From Octopus sinensis (taxonomy: Eukaryota): DNA of 64,000 nucleotides. The stretch lies in the NCBI RefSeq assembly GCF_006345805.1, contig NC_043015.1, positions 19,964,001 to 20,028,000 of the forward strand, read 5' to 3'. This document shows, piece after piece, positions 1 through 11,800 of this stretch. The notes under the pieces are model-generated. The model was not told the DNA's origin. It did no database searches and worked only from the letters and a program-made list of their open reading frames with translations. Position 1 is the first letter of the stretch, and each line of letters starts with the position of its first letter. The translations under genes and the position numbers were made by a program.

Positions 1-331
1 TATTTCATTAGATACGGAGTTGCAAAAGTTACTATTCATTGTATAATATTTCGTTTTTGGATTTGGTTTGCAAGATTCTTTATATTAGTTCGTGTGTTGA
101 AGCATATTCTGTTGTGTCTGGGGAGAGTCATTCTCTTTTAGTGCCTTATCATTTAACACACTCACCAGTGAAATTTCCACTTATTTCTTATTTTTATTTT
201 CTAAAATTTTCGTTGCGTCTTGTAACCTTTTCAATAGTCTTGACTATTAAGAAATAAGTGGAAATTTTACCAGTAAGTGTGTTAAATAATAAGGCACTAA
301 AAGAGAATGACTCTCCCCAGACACAACAGAA
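1..331 (-). mobile_element. PLE-like terminal-repeat remnant with inverted arms 107-190 / 248-331 and a degenerate hammerhead-like motif (201-237, minus)
   Basis: About 84-bp imperfect inverted repeat; CUA-UUGAAAA-G-GUU...AAC-GAAAAUUUU-AG between the arms. Confidence 0.55.
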
Positions 332-465
332 TTGTATAGTATAATATATCAATAAAAATAAAATTTGTTATTGCTTTAATTTTTCATAGATTTTATTGTC
401 AATGAAACCTAATTCAATGAAAATTGCATTTCCATCACTTATATGTTTTATATATTGTTTTTCAG

Positions 466-3218
466 ATATTCCTTTGTGGTTGTCAATGGGTCCCATGTTT
501 ATTTGGATCATCATATTCTTTACAAGACCTCATAAGGTTAGTGATATCAACTATATACTTCCATTTCAATGTGTGTGTATGCATGCATGCGCACAGAGAG
601 AGAGAGAGAGAGAGAGAGAAGCATATGCCTGCCCACACATACAATAGGTTACTGTCGTTTGCATTTACTGAATTCCGCTCATTAGACACTGGTCAGCCCA
701 AGACTATTGTCACAGACACTTACACAATGTTCCAAGTGGTTACCAAATGTACTTCTAACCACACACATACACCTACACAAAAAAACACACACACACACGA
801 TTGGCTTCTTTCAGTTTCTGCCTACCAAATCCACTCTGAAGGCTTTGCTTGGCCCAGGGCTATAGAAGACACTTGCCTGAGATACTACTCTGAAACTGGA
901 CCCACCAAACTCACAGGATTAGGGAGCAAGTATTTTAACCACACGTTAAGGCGTTAGGAAGGGCATCCAGCCGTAGAAACACTGCCAGATCTGACTGGGC
1001 CTGACGAAGCCTTCCAGCTTCACAGACCCCAGTTGACCCGTCCAACCCATGCTAGCATGGAAATCGGACGCTAAATGATGATGATGATGATGATGATGTC
1101 TATGCCTATGTCCACAAAGGTATACAGCTATACACTGGAGAATTTGTGATGAACTTGACAAGCCTCGAGAGTCTTCTCGATCCTTCGATGTCTCTGCTCA
1201 TCTGTGAACCACTTTACAGGATGTACTGGAAACGTTTTATTACGGCACCAGGTTTTAGAGAGGTTGTTGTATGAGACAAGGATACTCTCAACCCTGCAAT
1301 TTCACCACTTATTTGACAATCTTGCAAGGTTCACAGACAACAGGTGGACCCATGCTGTTGCTGAGTATTATCCAAGAGTTGAGAAAAGGCAATTTGGATG
1401 GCTTCCATGATGATAGAAAGATGATACAGTCAAGCAATTTGAGTCAAGATGAAAAAGAATGGCAGAATGAAGACAGAATTGGAAGCTCATTGTGACCAGT
1501 GGTGTATAACAGCATCTGATGGTCTGGTCAGTACTGTGATACTGTGATTTGGTAACGACTTTGTGGAGCATTCTGGCATCTATGCTAATGAGATCAGCTT
1601 GTACCCTGCAAGAGAAAAAGAGGTCCTCACTGCTCAACATTGTCCCCATTGATACACAGCTGCATGAATTATAGAGTGGGTAGAAGAGAGGGTGAGTGCA
1701 GGAGATGAACAAAGGGGAGAGGGAGAGAGTAAAGAGAATGTGAGTTGGAGGTTAGAATGATTGTGTTGAAGAAGAGAGAAAAATGCAGAGATTGCTAGAG
1801 GAGTGACAAAGAGGAGCAGTAAAGGTAGGATATAAGGAGAGAGAGAGAGGGAGGGGACAGTAATAGCATAAGGTAGTGAGAGGGAAGCATTTAGGGCAGC
1901 TGTATGTTTGCAAATAAGAGAGAGAGAGAGAGCAAGTGGGGGGAGTGTGAGGGACATCAGTGTAACAAGTGACCAGAAGAAGGAGCAATGGCAGTTAGCA
2001 ATATAAAACTATCCCTCTCTTGTCCCACTCCTCTCAAAATTGCTGGCCTTGTGCCAAAATTAGAAAGAATTATCTACAGAAACTTCACGCATCTTTTAAA
2101 ATTTATTTCCAGGAAGAACGTTTTCTTTTTCCGATCTACCCATTTTTTGCCCTTGGTGCTGCCATTTCAATCACCTACATGGAGGTAAGATATCCTCTTT
2201 CTCATTTCCATCATTTCTATCATATCTCCTTCATATTACTTTCATTCAGACCATAATTTAATTCACATTAAGACATCAAAGTCTCTCTGTAATAGATGAT
2301 CACTAAATTAATGATCACTGTAAAATGTATGATAAACAATTGTTTACTGTTTATATGATAACTGTTTACTGAATTATATGAACAATTATTTACTGTTTAT
2401 ATGAAAAACAACTGTTTACTGTTTATGTGATAAACAAATGTTTACCGAAATATATGATAAACATGATTATGTAATATATGATGTACAACTGTTTACTGTA
2501 TATGTGCTTAACAACTGTTTACTATTTATGTGCTGAACAACTGTTTGCTTTTGATCTTTGCAGGATATATTTTGTTCATTGTTCTCGTCCAAGAAGTTTT
2601 CATCCTCTGACAGTTACCATTTTCTCTCAGTAATTTGTGCTGCAATTTTCACTGTTCTTTCCGTTTCCAGAACTCTGCAGCTTTATCAAGGTAAACGCAC
2701 ATCTCACATAGACACACACACACGCACGCACACACACTTTTCTTTTTTCAAGACTGTGCAGCTAAGAAGGTTGTTTCCCAATCACATGGTTTTGAGTTCA
2801 TTCCCATTACATAACACTTTGAGCAAATGTCTTCTCTTATAACCCTGGGCCAACCATAGCCTTGGGAATGGATTTTATTGATGGAAACTGAAAAAAACCT
2901 GTTGGGTTTACCTATCTATCTATCTATATATATATATATATATATATGTGCCAGCTCCTCTGACCCCTGTGGTAGTGGCATGTAAAAAGCACCCATTACA
3001 CTCTTAGAGTGGTTGGCGTTAGGAAGGGCATCCAGCTGTAGAAACACTTCCAGATCAGATTGGGGCCTGATGCACCCTCCTGGCTTCCCAGACCCCAGTC
3101 GAACCAACTAACCCATGCCAACATGGAAAACAGACATTAAACGATGATAGTGATATATATATATTGCCCCAGCATGGCCTCAGTCTAATGACTGAAACAA
3201 GTAAAAGATAAAAGATAA

Positions 3219-3260
<42 letters not shown>

Positions 3261-6200
3261 TATATATATTGATTAAAATTTGTGTGAATGTGTATAGAAT
3301 AATATATCAGTTGAATAAAGTTAAAACATAGTCTGGTTTTCACGTTTTTTATTATGGTATTTTATCAAAATTAGCACTTTCATACTTAGAGTAATCATCA
3401 GATTTCAAATGGGTTTAACTGACAGTTGAGTTCTTGACAACTTTAGTTCCTCTTTGAACACTCCAAACAGCTGAATTTTTAGAATACCTTTTGACCAATT
3501 TGCATGCTATGTTTGAAAGCGCTAATTTTGTTAAAATACCATAATAAAAAACATGAAAACCAGACAATGTTTTAACTTTATTCAACTGATATATATATAT
3601 ATGTGTGTGTGTGTGAGAGAGAGTGTTAGTATGTTTGTGTCTATTTGTTTTGACATCATGTGCCAGATGTAAATGTGTGTCCCTGTCGTACAAGCAGTGT
3701 CATTCATTTCCAATAGTCTACAAAATCATGTTTGGCCATGGAGAAATATTACCTAACTTGGAAACAGATAAGTGTTGGCAACAGGAAGAGCATCAAGTTG
3801 TAGAAAATCTGCTTCAGTAAACTCTGTCCAACCCATGCAAGCACGGAAAAGGGGACATTCAAAAGATGATGACAAATCCTCATATAAGAAAACAATTTCT
3901 GGGGTTTTTTTACAGACTCCCTCTTATTCTTTGGCTATTTGAGAAGTAGGTGTTTTAACCATGGACACTGTAGTTCCAGTGACAGAATACAAACCATTGA
4001 TCTTTCAGTTGGGCAGTTTACCACTCCTGCCATCTCTTTAGCTTCCCCACAATTAAGAGATGACTCTATATTATATGATTATATTAGTTATACTTGGAAG
4101 CACTAGCATAGCTAGTGGGGGCGGGGCATTAGGGGTGGTCCAACCCAGGCGGCACTTTTGGGTATGTTGTAGGCAATATGTGTTTTTGTTTTTGTGGGGT
4201 TTGGGGTGGGGGGCACAGACTCTAGCTACACTGGTACTTGGAAGAGCATCCAGACATAGAAACCACATCAATGCTGGCATTTGGGTCTGATGCTCATGAG
4301 AGCCTGACAAACCATCCAAGCCATGCCACCATGGAAAACAGACATCAAACGATGATGTTGGCGGCAGTGGTGCTGATGGTGGTGAGGAGGAGGAGGTATG
4401 ACTGAAATTATTTTATTCTTTTTTTGCTGAATACTTTTAATTAGCCACTGACTAAATTATGAGGTAGGACAGGGACTACAATTAAATATTTTCATTAAAC
4501 AACTGAGTTTTTTTTGTATTTAAAAAAAGATGAGTGACTATCTTCATAATTTTTATTTTGAAGGTTATCATGCTCCAATGGATATATATCTGGAACTGAA
4601 TCAGATTGCCAGCAAACCAGAAATCCATACTATGTCCACAGATAAACAAGTCAATGTCTGTATGGGTAAAGAATGGTATCGTTTTCCAAGCAGTTTTTTT
4701 CTTCCCCATAACAAGTAAGTAAAACTGAGTGAAATTTATTCTAACCCTTTCATTACCATATTTCTGATGAAATACTCTGCCTCTCAGAAAATTACTATTT
4801 GTAAATCTCACAACGAAAGATATTCAGCAACAGTACTTTGTAGTAAAGATTGTTTGCCAACATAACATGGCAGTCCTGGTTTAGGACGAATGTTGCTGTA
4901 ATTTAGCCCCAGGAGACATTGTCTCCAGCTGGCTATACGACATGATCTGTGTCCTAATATCTTCAAACAAGGGAATCAATGTTCAAAAACATAAAGACAC
5001 AGATCATGTCGTATAGCCAGCTGGAAATGATGTCTCCTGGGGCTAAATTACAGCAACATTCATCCTATTTCAGTTTAATTTTGAAAATAATAAAGAATTC
5101 AGTAAATTAACTTTGTCATTATTAAGCTTGAATTTAGAACATAAATTAACAGGAAATTTTGATGGAAGGCTTTAATTTAGATCACTTGAAAACAGGAAAT
5201 TTGCATCATAGAACCAGAAGCAGTTTCAGGGAGGAAGCAGAGGGTGGGTCTTGTATCAAAAGCAGTAAAACTGACTTCAATTTACAGATTGTGTCAATGT
5301 CTTCTATTATAGTTCTAGGTAAAGGCAGTGAGCTGGCAGAATCATTGGCACAATGGACAAAATGCTTAGCGGCATTTCATCCGGGTTTTGTTCTAGGTTC
5401 AAATTCTGCCGAGGTTGACTTACACCTTTCATCCTTTTGGGATCGATAGAATAAATACCAGTGGTGTACTGGGGTCAATGTAATCAATTAGCCCCCTTCC
5501 CCAACATTTCAGGCCTTGTGCCTATAATATAAAGGATTCTTATTGTTGTTGAAAAGGCAGCAAGCTGGCAGAAATGTTAGCCCACCAGACAAAATGCTTA
5601 GCGGTATTTTGTCTGTCTTTACGTTCTGAGTTCAAATTCCACTGAGGTCGACCTTGCCTTTCATCCTTTTGAGGTCAATAAATTGACTACCAGTTGCGTA
5701 TTGGAGTCAATCTAATCTTGTAGACTTCTACATTGACTCAATAAAGGATTAGCTATGGAGCAAATCTTTAGAGATAATATTCTTATCATTTTAAGGCAGA
5801 ATTATTAGCAAACCAAGCAAAATACTTAGTTGCATTCCTTCTGGCTTTACGATCTGAGTTCTAATTCAGCCAAGGATGACAATACCTTTCATTGTTTGTG
5901 GGGTCAGTAAAATAATATCAGTTGAGCACCGGTGTTTATGTATTTAACTAACTACTTTCCCAAAAATGTCAGCCCTTGTACCTATGGTAGAAAAAAATAA
6001 TTTTTTTAGAATTTTACTTGAGATATTACTATAATTCTTTTTTCTCCCTTCCATATTCACCAGTTGGCATTTACGCTTCATAAAGTCAGAATTCAAAGGT
6101 CAGTTACCCAAACCCTATTATCAAGGACCCGATTCAACTTCGACAATCCCTTCACACATGAATGACATGAACATGGAAGAACCAACCCGCTACGTAAGTA

Positions 6201-8143
6201 AAATCAGTCCTTCTTGTTACTCCTTCATCAATCCATCTCTTCTGAGACAACTGATTCAGATATTTGATCCATTCATGATCAGCTCCTGTTGACTTTTAGG
6301 TGAAACTTGTGTGTGACCCTCCAGGCTATTCTTCTGGCCACACTCAGAAGATATTTCAAACTCATCTCTACAAAATATTGAACCACTTGGGAATTTTACA
6401 GTGCTACCACTGCTTACAGCTGCAACTTGTTCCATCGTTACTGTATATATTTATTGTTGAGTGGATTGGATCATTTGAACACAAAGTGTCTCTTGGGCTG
6501 AAGAGACATCTCAGTTCTGGCAACAGGATAGAAACTGCTGACCATTCTGCTAGTTGTCTTGATAAATAAGAAAAGACAACAAAAAAAAACTAGGTTCCAA
6601 GAAAGCTAGTGATGATGTCCCCTTCTTTACCCAAGCCTTAGGCTCATAGGTTAGGAGCTTATCTTGTTTTACTGGTGTTTAAGTGACTGAGAATGTTGGA
6701 AATAGCAGCCACATTTCCCTCAAACCACACTCTACAGGTGTGATTTGAGGGAACATGTTTAGGACACAAAACGCTTGAAAACAGATAGAATGTTCATGGT
6801 TGGATTGTCTTTGATCAGAGGTCTGCTCAGTCAAAACTGACCTGGAGCTAAACAACATCAAACAAGCTACATTGTTGTAACATGAGATTCTTTCTTCTCA
6901 AGAAATAATTATAATTAATGATATTAATAAAAAAAAAAAATAATAATAATACAAACTGACAATTGGTGCCTGGTGCAGCTCCTTGGCTTGCCAATGGCAA
7001 AGCGAACATTAAATGATGGTGGTGGCAGTGGCAGTGGTAGTGGTGAAGAATTTAAATAAAGAGAGAAATTTCTAAACACTTTCCAGCAGAGATATTCTCA
7101 TTTACTTCAGGGCAGTTAAGGAACCAGGGATAAGTAGAATCATCATCATGGTTGTCATCATCATCTTCTTCTAATGTCCATCTTCCATACTGGCACATGT
7201 TGGGCAGTTTAGCAATATCTGATGGATCAGAGGAGTGTGCCAAGCCCTACTGTCTACTTTGGCATGGTTTCTACTGCTGAATGCTTTCTTCATGGCACCA
7301 GCACTGGTGAGGTTACCATGTAGCTTACAAGAATACAATCCCCTCAACTGATTGGACTTACAGGAGAGAGAGACAGACAGACAGGCAGGCAGGTGGGTTT
7401 ATGGTGGGAGATGAAAGGTTAGAGTATGAAGACAGGGGCTAGAAGAGAGACACAGCTCCAAGAGTGAGTGGGGCTAATAGGGATGGAACTGTGACAAGCT
7501 GTCAAGGTGGGCTCTGGGGACCAAAGAACAAGGAGGATATGTGGGTAGAGACTACAAGAATGTTTGTGAATATAGAGGATAGTCAGAGATGGGGTACAGA
7601 TGGATACTCTTGTTGTAGTTTATCATTGCTTCTGTTTAAGTTGTTTCATTTCTTGTGTTCTTTCAGATTAACGTAAGTAAGTGCCATTATTTGATAGACC
7701 TGGATGTGCCTACAGAAACCAAACTGGAACCAAGATATTCCAAAAAAACTCAGGAGTGGAAAATTTTAGTGTCATCAAAATTTCTATATCCACAACAGTA
7801 AGTGATTTCTCTCTCTCATTCTCTCGCTCTCTCTCTCTCATGCTCTTTCACTTTTTCTGTTAATCTCACTCTAGCACTCTTTCTCTTTCTATCACTCTCT
7901 TTGTCCTTTCTCCCTTTGTCTCCCTCACTCTCTCTCTCTTTTATGCCATAAAACACAAATTTTTTTTTTTTATCTTTTTGGTAATATTAACCATTTGTTT
8001 TGTTTCTAATTTATAGATCCCACCGAATATTCCGAGCATTCTACATTCCGTTTATTTCCAGTGATTACTGTACATATCACAACTATAACTTGCTGAAAGC
8101 CATACGTCCAACACGACCCAGTAGCAATCGAGAACATTTATAG
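466..8143 (+). CDS. ALG9: Alpha-1,2-mannosyltransferase ALG9, 3' part (5' exons lie upstream of the window). Exons: 466-536, 2113-2184, 2564-2690, 4564-4714, 6064-6193, 7667-7797, 8017-8143 (stop TAG 8141-8143)
   Basis: Spliced translation IPLWLSMGPMFIWIIIFFTRPHK|EERFLFPIYPFF...|...GYHAPMDIY...VNVCMGKEWYRFPSSFFLP|NWHLRFIKSEFKGQLPKPY...MNDMNMEEPTRY|INVSKCHYLIDLD...|SHRIFRAFYIPF matches the recalled ALG9 C-terminal half; all junctions are GT-AG and phases are consistent. Confidence 0.96.
945..1098 (+). mobile_element. 3' end of an RTE-type LINE family ending in (GAT)n; representative of more than 20 fragments (e.g. 2960-3150, 12850-13045, 18370-18615, 32690-32910, 42190-42407, 48200-48425, 60610-60850)
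   Basis: Recurrent GGCGTTAGGAAGGGCATCCAGC...CCAACCCATGCTAGCATGGAAA..GGACGTTAAACGATGATGATG; copies at 50170-50640 and 61858-62255 link these tails to RTE-like coding C-termini. Confidence 0.75.
2328..2548 (+). repeat. Degenerate ~22-25 bp minisatellite (ACAACTGTTTACTGTTTATATGATA) in ALG9 intron
   Basis: About 9 imperfect tandem units ending at the acceptor of exon 2564. Confidence 0.8.
3302..3594. mobile_element. PLE-like inverted remnant in ALG9 intron, arms 3302-3382 / 3514-3594, with hammerhead-like motif 3366-3405 (-)
   Basis: About 80-bp inverted repeat between (TA)n runs; AAAU-CUGAUGA-UUAC(UCUAA)GUAU-GAA-AGUGCU-A-AUUU; the other arm preserves palindromic AGCGCU. Confidence 0.6.
5325..5730 (+). 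mobile_element. Tandem pair of tRNA-derived SINE family B (core resembles the Deu/Nin-type domain); other copies e.g. 9165-9370, 17540-17750(-), 26040-26265(-), 35295-35505(-), 47400-47615
   Basis: GGC.G.GAGCTGGCAGAA...GTTCTGAGTTCAAATTC.GCCGAGGTCGAC.TTGCCTTTCATCCTTT.GGGGTCGATAAA..AA.TACCAG; superfamily assignment is from memory only. Confidence 0.7.
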
Positions 8144-8305
8144 TCGGCCTCTTCAGATGGTCTGCTCCCTCTCTCCCCCTCTCTCTCTCACTCTATCTCT
8201 TCACTGATGCCCCTTTCTAGCCAGAGAACCATTAATTTTTCCAAACAATTGTTAGTAAATTACAAACCAAACTCTACATCATGTCTTACAGTAATTAACT
8301 TTCTC

Positions 8306-8800
8306 TGTTCTATATTTGAGAGATGAGGAATTATGTACATTATTTACATTTGAAGGATATTTGTCCTCATCTTGTTTGTTGTTAACACAACGTTTCAGCT
8401 GATATACCCTGCAGCCTTCATCAGGTGTCTTGGGGAAATTTCAAACCTGGGTTCTCATTCCTAAGGTATTTTTCCAATGTTGTTGTTGTTATTATTATTA
8501 TCATTATTATCATTATTATTATTGTTATTATTATTATTATTATTATCATTATTCGGGTTACTGCCTGGTATCAAACTCGGTCATATGACATAGTGGTTAA
8601 GAGTACAGGCTAACCCCAAGAGTCCGAGTTCGATTCCAGGCAGTGACCTGAATAATAATAATTATAATAATAATAACAACATCGAAAAATACCTTAGGGA
8701 TGAGGACCCAGGTTTGAAATTTCCCCAAGACACCTGATGTCGAAATGTTGTATTAACAACAAACAAGATGAGGACAAATATCCATCAAATGTAAATAATG
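8306..8800. mobile_element. Palindromic non-autonomous element, copy 1 (tRNA-like head + (TAA)n + hammerhead-bearing tail, two arms head-to-head)
   Basis: Arms 8306-8580 and 8581-8800 are reverse complements; flanked by the 10-bp direct repeat TAACTTTCTC (8296-8305, 8801-8810). Confidence 0.85.
8384..8429 (-). ncRNA. Minimal type I hammerhead ribozyme motif (best-preserved copy of the palindromic element's ribozyme)
   Basis: Minus strand GACAC-CUGAUGA-A-GGCUG(CAGGGUAUAU)CAGCU-GAA-ACGU-U-GUGUU; palindromic stem III, GUU triplet. Confidence 0.6.
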
Positions 8801-11800
8801 TAACTTTCTCCGGTTCCTCTGTTCTCTTTTCTCTTCTTTTTTCCCCCTCCATCTTATTTATATTCTTCTATTTTCAGATTTTCTTTTTCTCTTCCCTTTT
8901 CATTCTATTGTCTTCTATCTTTCTTCTTTCTTTTCTTGCCTCTATTTTTCTCTGTTTTATTTTATTTTTGTATTTGGTTTGCAACACTTTATTGCCAATT
9001 TGACTCTCTTTGAAATACAACCTTTGGGCATTTTTTTAGAGGTTTTTGTTATTGTTAATCTTTTTCCTCTTCTGCTTCTTTTTTAAATTTTTTTCGTTGT
9101 TCTTTTTTCTTTTTCCGTTTTCTTTATTCAATTCTCTAAGGCGGTGTACTGGCAGAATCTCACTACCATGTTGGAAAAAAAAAGTGCTCAGTGCCATTTC
9201 TTCCATCTCTTTGCATTCTCCGAGTTGAAATTCCACAAAGGTCAACTGTGCCTTTTATCCTTTCAGGGCCAACAAATAAAGTACCACGCAAGTACTGGGG
9301 TCAATGCAAATGACTACCCTTCGCCCCCTAAAAAATATGCTGGCCTTGTGCTAAAGTTTGAAACCATTATCCCCTCTCTTTCTCCCCCGCCTTATTCTGT
9401 TATAAATCATCTTCTCAGACCTTTTCTTCTCCTCCTCCTCCTCCTACTCCTCTTCCTCTAAGTGTAACTTAACTATTCACTGCCACACTTTACTTGATAC
9501 TGAAACTGCTGCCTGCCGATGATAATTTCTCAAGACTGTTTTTTATCTTTTCTAGTTATCATCATTTTTTTTTTGTATCTATATTTCCTCCCCCCCACTC
9601 CACACCTTTGTTTTACCTTATTTTTGGCATCAGTGTATAGTGCCAGCTCTTTTTTTTTTTTTTGAAGACTGTTTTTTAAACTGATGCAATTGTGTATTTG
9701 ATAGTCCCTATCTAATGAGCTAAACTAGATGTTTCAGAGTCTTTGTTTCTGAATTCAGTTCACTATACAAATTTGATTTAGTGTGTGTGTGTATATATAT
9801 ATATTTATAGATAGATAAATGTATTTGTATGTGTGTGTGTGTGTATATATATATATATGAAATTATAAGGAGATATATCTGTTTATCTATACATACATAA
9901 ATATGTACATATTTATACATACATGCATGTATATATATGTATATATATACTTAAAAATTGTTCTTGTGCCTAACCAAAAGAAGTCCTTATTTTTTTCTTG
10001 TATGAAGAAAACACAAAAGGTCGACTGGATATGGTTCTTGGGTGTCAGGCAAATGTGCCTGTGTTATCTCAATCGACATAAGATGTGATTAAGGTTGTAA
10101 TGGTGATGTGAAAGTGGCAGATGAACTACTTAGATGAATTATTGTCATTGGCTTTATGGCTAAGAACATCATTAACATTGATTAGAAAGAATTGGGTTTT
10201 TTTTCACTTCAAATCCACCCTGGTACTATGTACAAACCCTGGGTTGAGACATCTGATGGTGACCACTGATAAAACTTGATAAGTATTGTATCAATATTGA
10301 TAAGTATTGTAAAATAATCTTTCATTTGTAACATTAAGGTTAATAATCTGGAAATCTATAAATTTAATTAATTTGAATAATTTGGTGAGAAAAAATACTC
10401 TTATACTAAGTGAAATTATTAAATATTGTGAAACTTATATTAAAAAAAGTTTCATTGAAAAGAAATAGTATTGTTATTCTTCAAAACTCAGGTTTTGTTG
10501 GAACTCCTGGAGTCTTTCATGCGTAGTGGGCTTGCTGCCTGCAGCCTATGGTACCATGCTATCTGTTCTTTTTAACCATCTTATACTTTCCTGATTATTC
10601 TGGCTGTGCCAAAGAGGTAAACGTTTTGTAACAACCCTATTGGGCATTCTGTTCAGATTTTCTTGATATTCCTCTTGATGCCTTTGATACTGTCCCCAAG
10701 GACTCAATTATTATTATTATTATTATTATCATCGTCATCATCAATATCATTAAATCAACTTAAAGATTTAAGCATAGCTGTGAGGTTAAGAAATTTGCTT
10801 TCCAACCATGTTGTTTTGGGTTCAGTCCCACTATATGGTACCTTGGACAAGTGTCTCAGGTCAAATAATACCTTGTGAATAGCTTTGGTAGAGAGAAACT
10901 GAAAGTTGCCCATCATGTGTGTGTGTGTGTCCTTGTCTAAACGTTGCAGGACAGTTGTAAATGAGACTGATACTGTAGTCCAACCTGTGGATATGAAATA
11001 TTAGAGTTTAGCCAGTTAAATATCTGCAGCACCATTTCCCCCAACTGGGGTGCTACAAGAAATAATGGTAAACACATTAATTACATGCAAATGCATTTTT
11101 TGAGTCATTTTGTATTAAACTTCACATTCTTAATATGGTAAGGCCCCTAGCTGGCAGAATCGTTATTGCACTGGACAAATGCTCAGTAGCATTTTTCCCG
11201 GATCTGTAAATTCTGAGTTGAAATGCCACTGAAGCTGATTTTGCTTCTGTCAAACAGATTGAGAAACAACATGTTTGTAATATTTTAAATGAAATATTTG
11301 GTAACTATGTCTTAATGTTTGTTTTAGAACATATTATTATTATTATTATTATTATTATTCTGCGATGAACTGGCGTCCTGTCCAGCTGGTGGGGGAAGAC
11401 ATACGCCACGGAAACTGGGCCCATGAGCCTGGCTAGGCTTGAAAAGGGCGAAGAAGAGAATTATTATTATTATTATTATCATTATTATTATGATGATGCT
11501 GTAGTATAAGTATTTTTGATCAACTGGACCTTATGACTTTTGCAGAATTCTCATCGTCATGACTGCAATCTTAACCCAAAATAATAAATTCTATATTATC
11601 TGAAGACTGAATGTCTAGTTCCCCTTTTGATACCAACTTGCCAAATATCAACCCAAAACCGGCGGCTCTGTGGTACAAACTTATTGTTTCCAAAAGATCT
11701 AAATTCAAATCTTCCATTAAATTCTCCCATTAATTTGTGTTCCAAACACCAGCTCAATAATGACAGTTATTTTATTAATCTTTTCATTATTTTCAAAATT

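Noticed and set aside
424-957. 177-aa ORF, and the many 60-140 aa ORFs rich in YI/HT/RE/DD/II runs
   Set aside because: Translations of microsatellites and SINE bodies, or off-frame overlaps of real exons.
1200-1670. Possible retroelement coding remnant
   Set aside because: Multiple stops and no diagnostic motif that I could assign with confidence.
4110-4215. G-rich tract with G-quadruplex potential in an ALG9 intron
   Set aside because: Irregular G-runs within a degenerate repeat; nothing indicates function.
7667-7682. Perfect GTAAGT donor 6 nt inside ALG9 exon 7667-7797 (possible microexon)
   Set aside because: The bases encode conserved-looking I-N-V-S-K; using the site would shift frame into the last exon, and there is no independent support.
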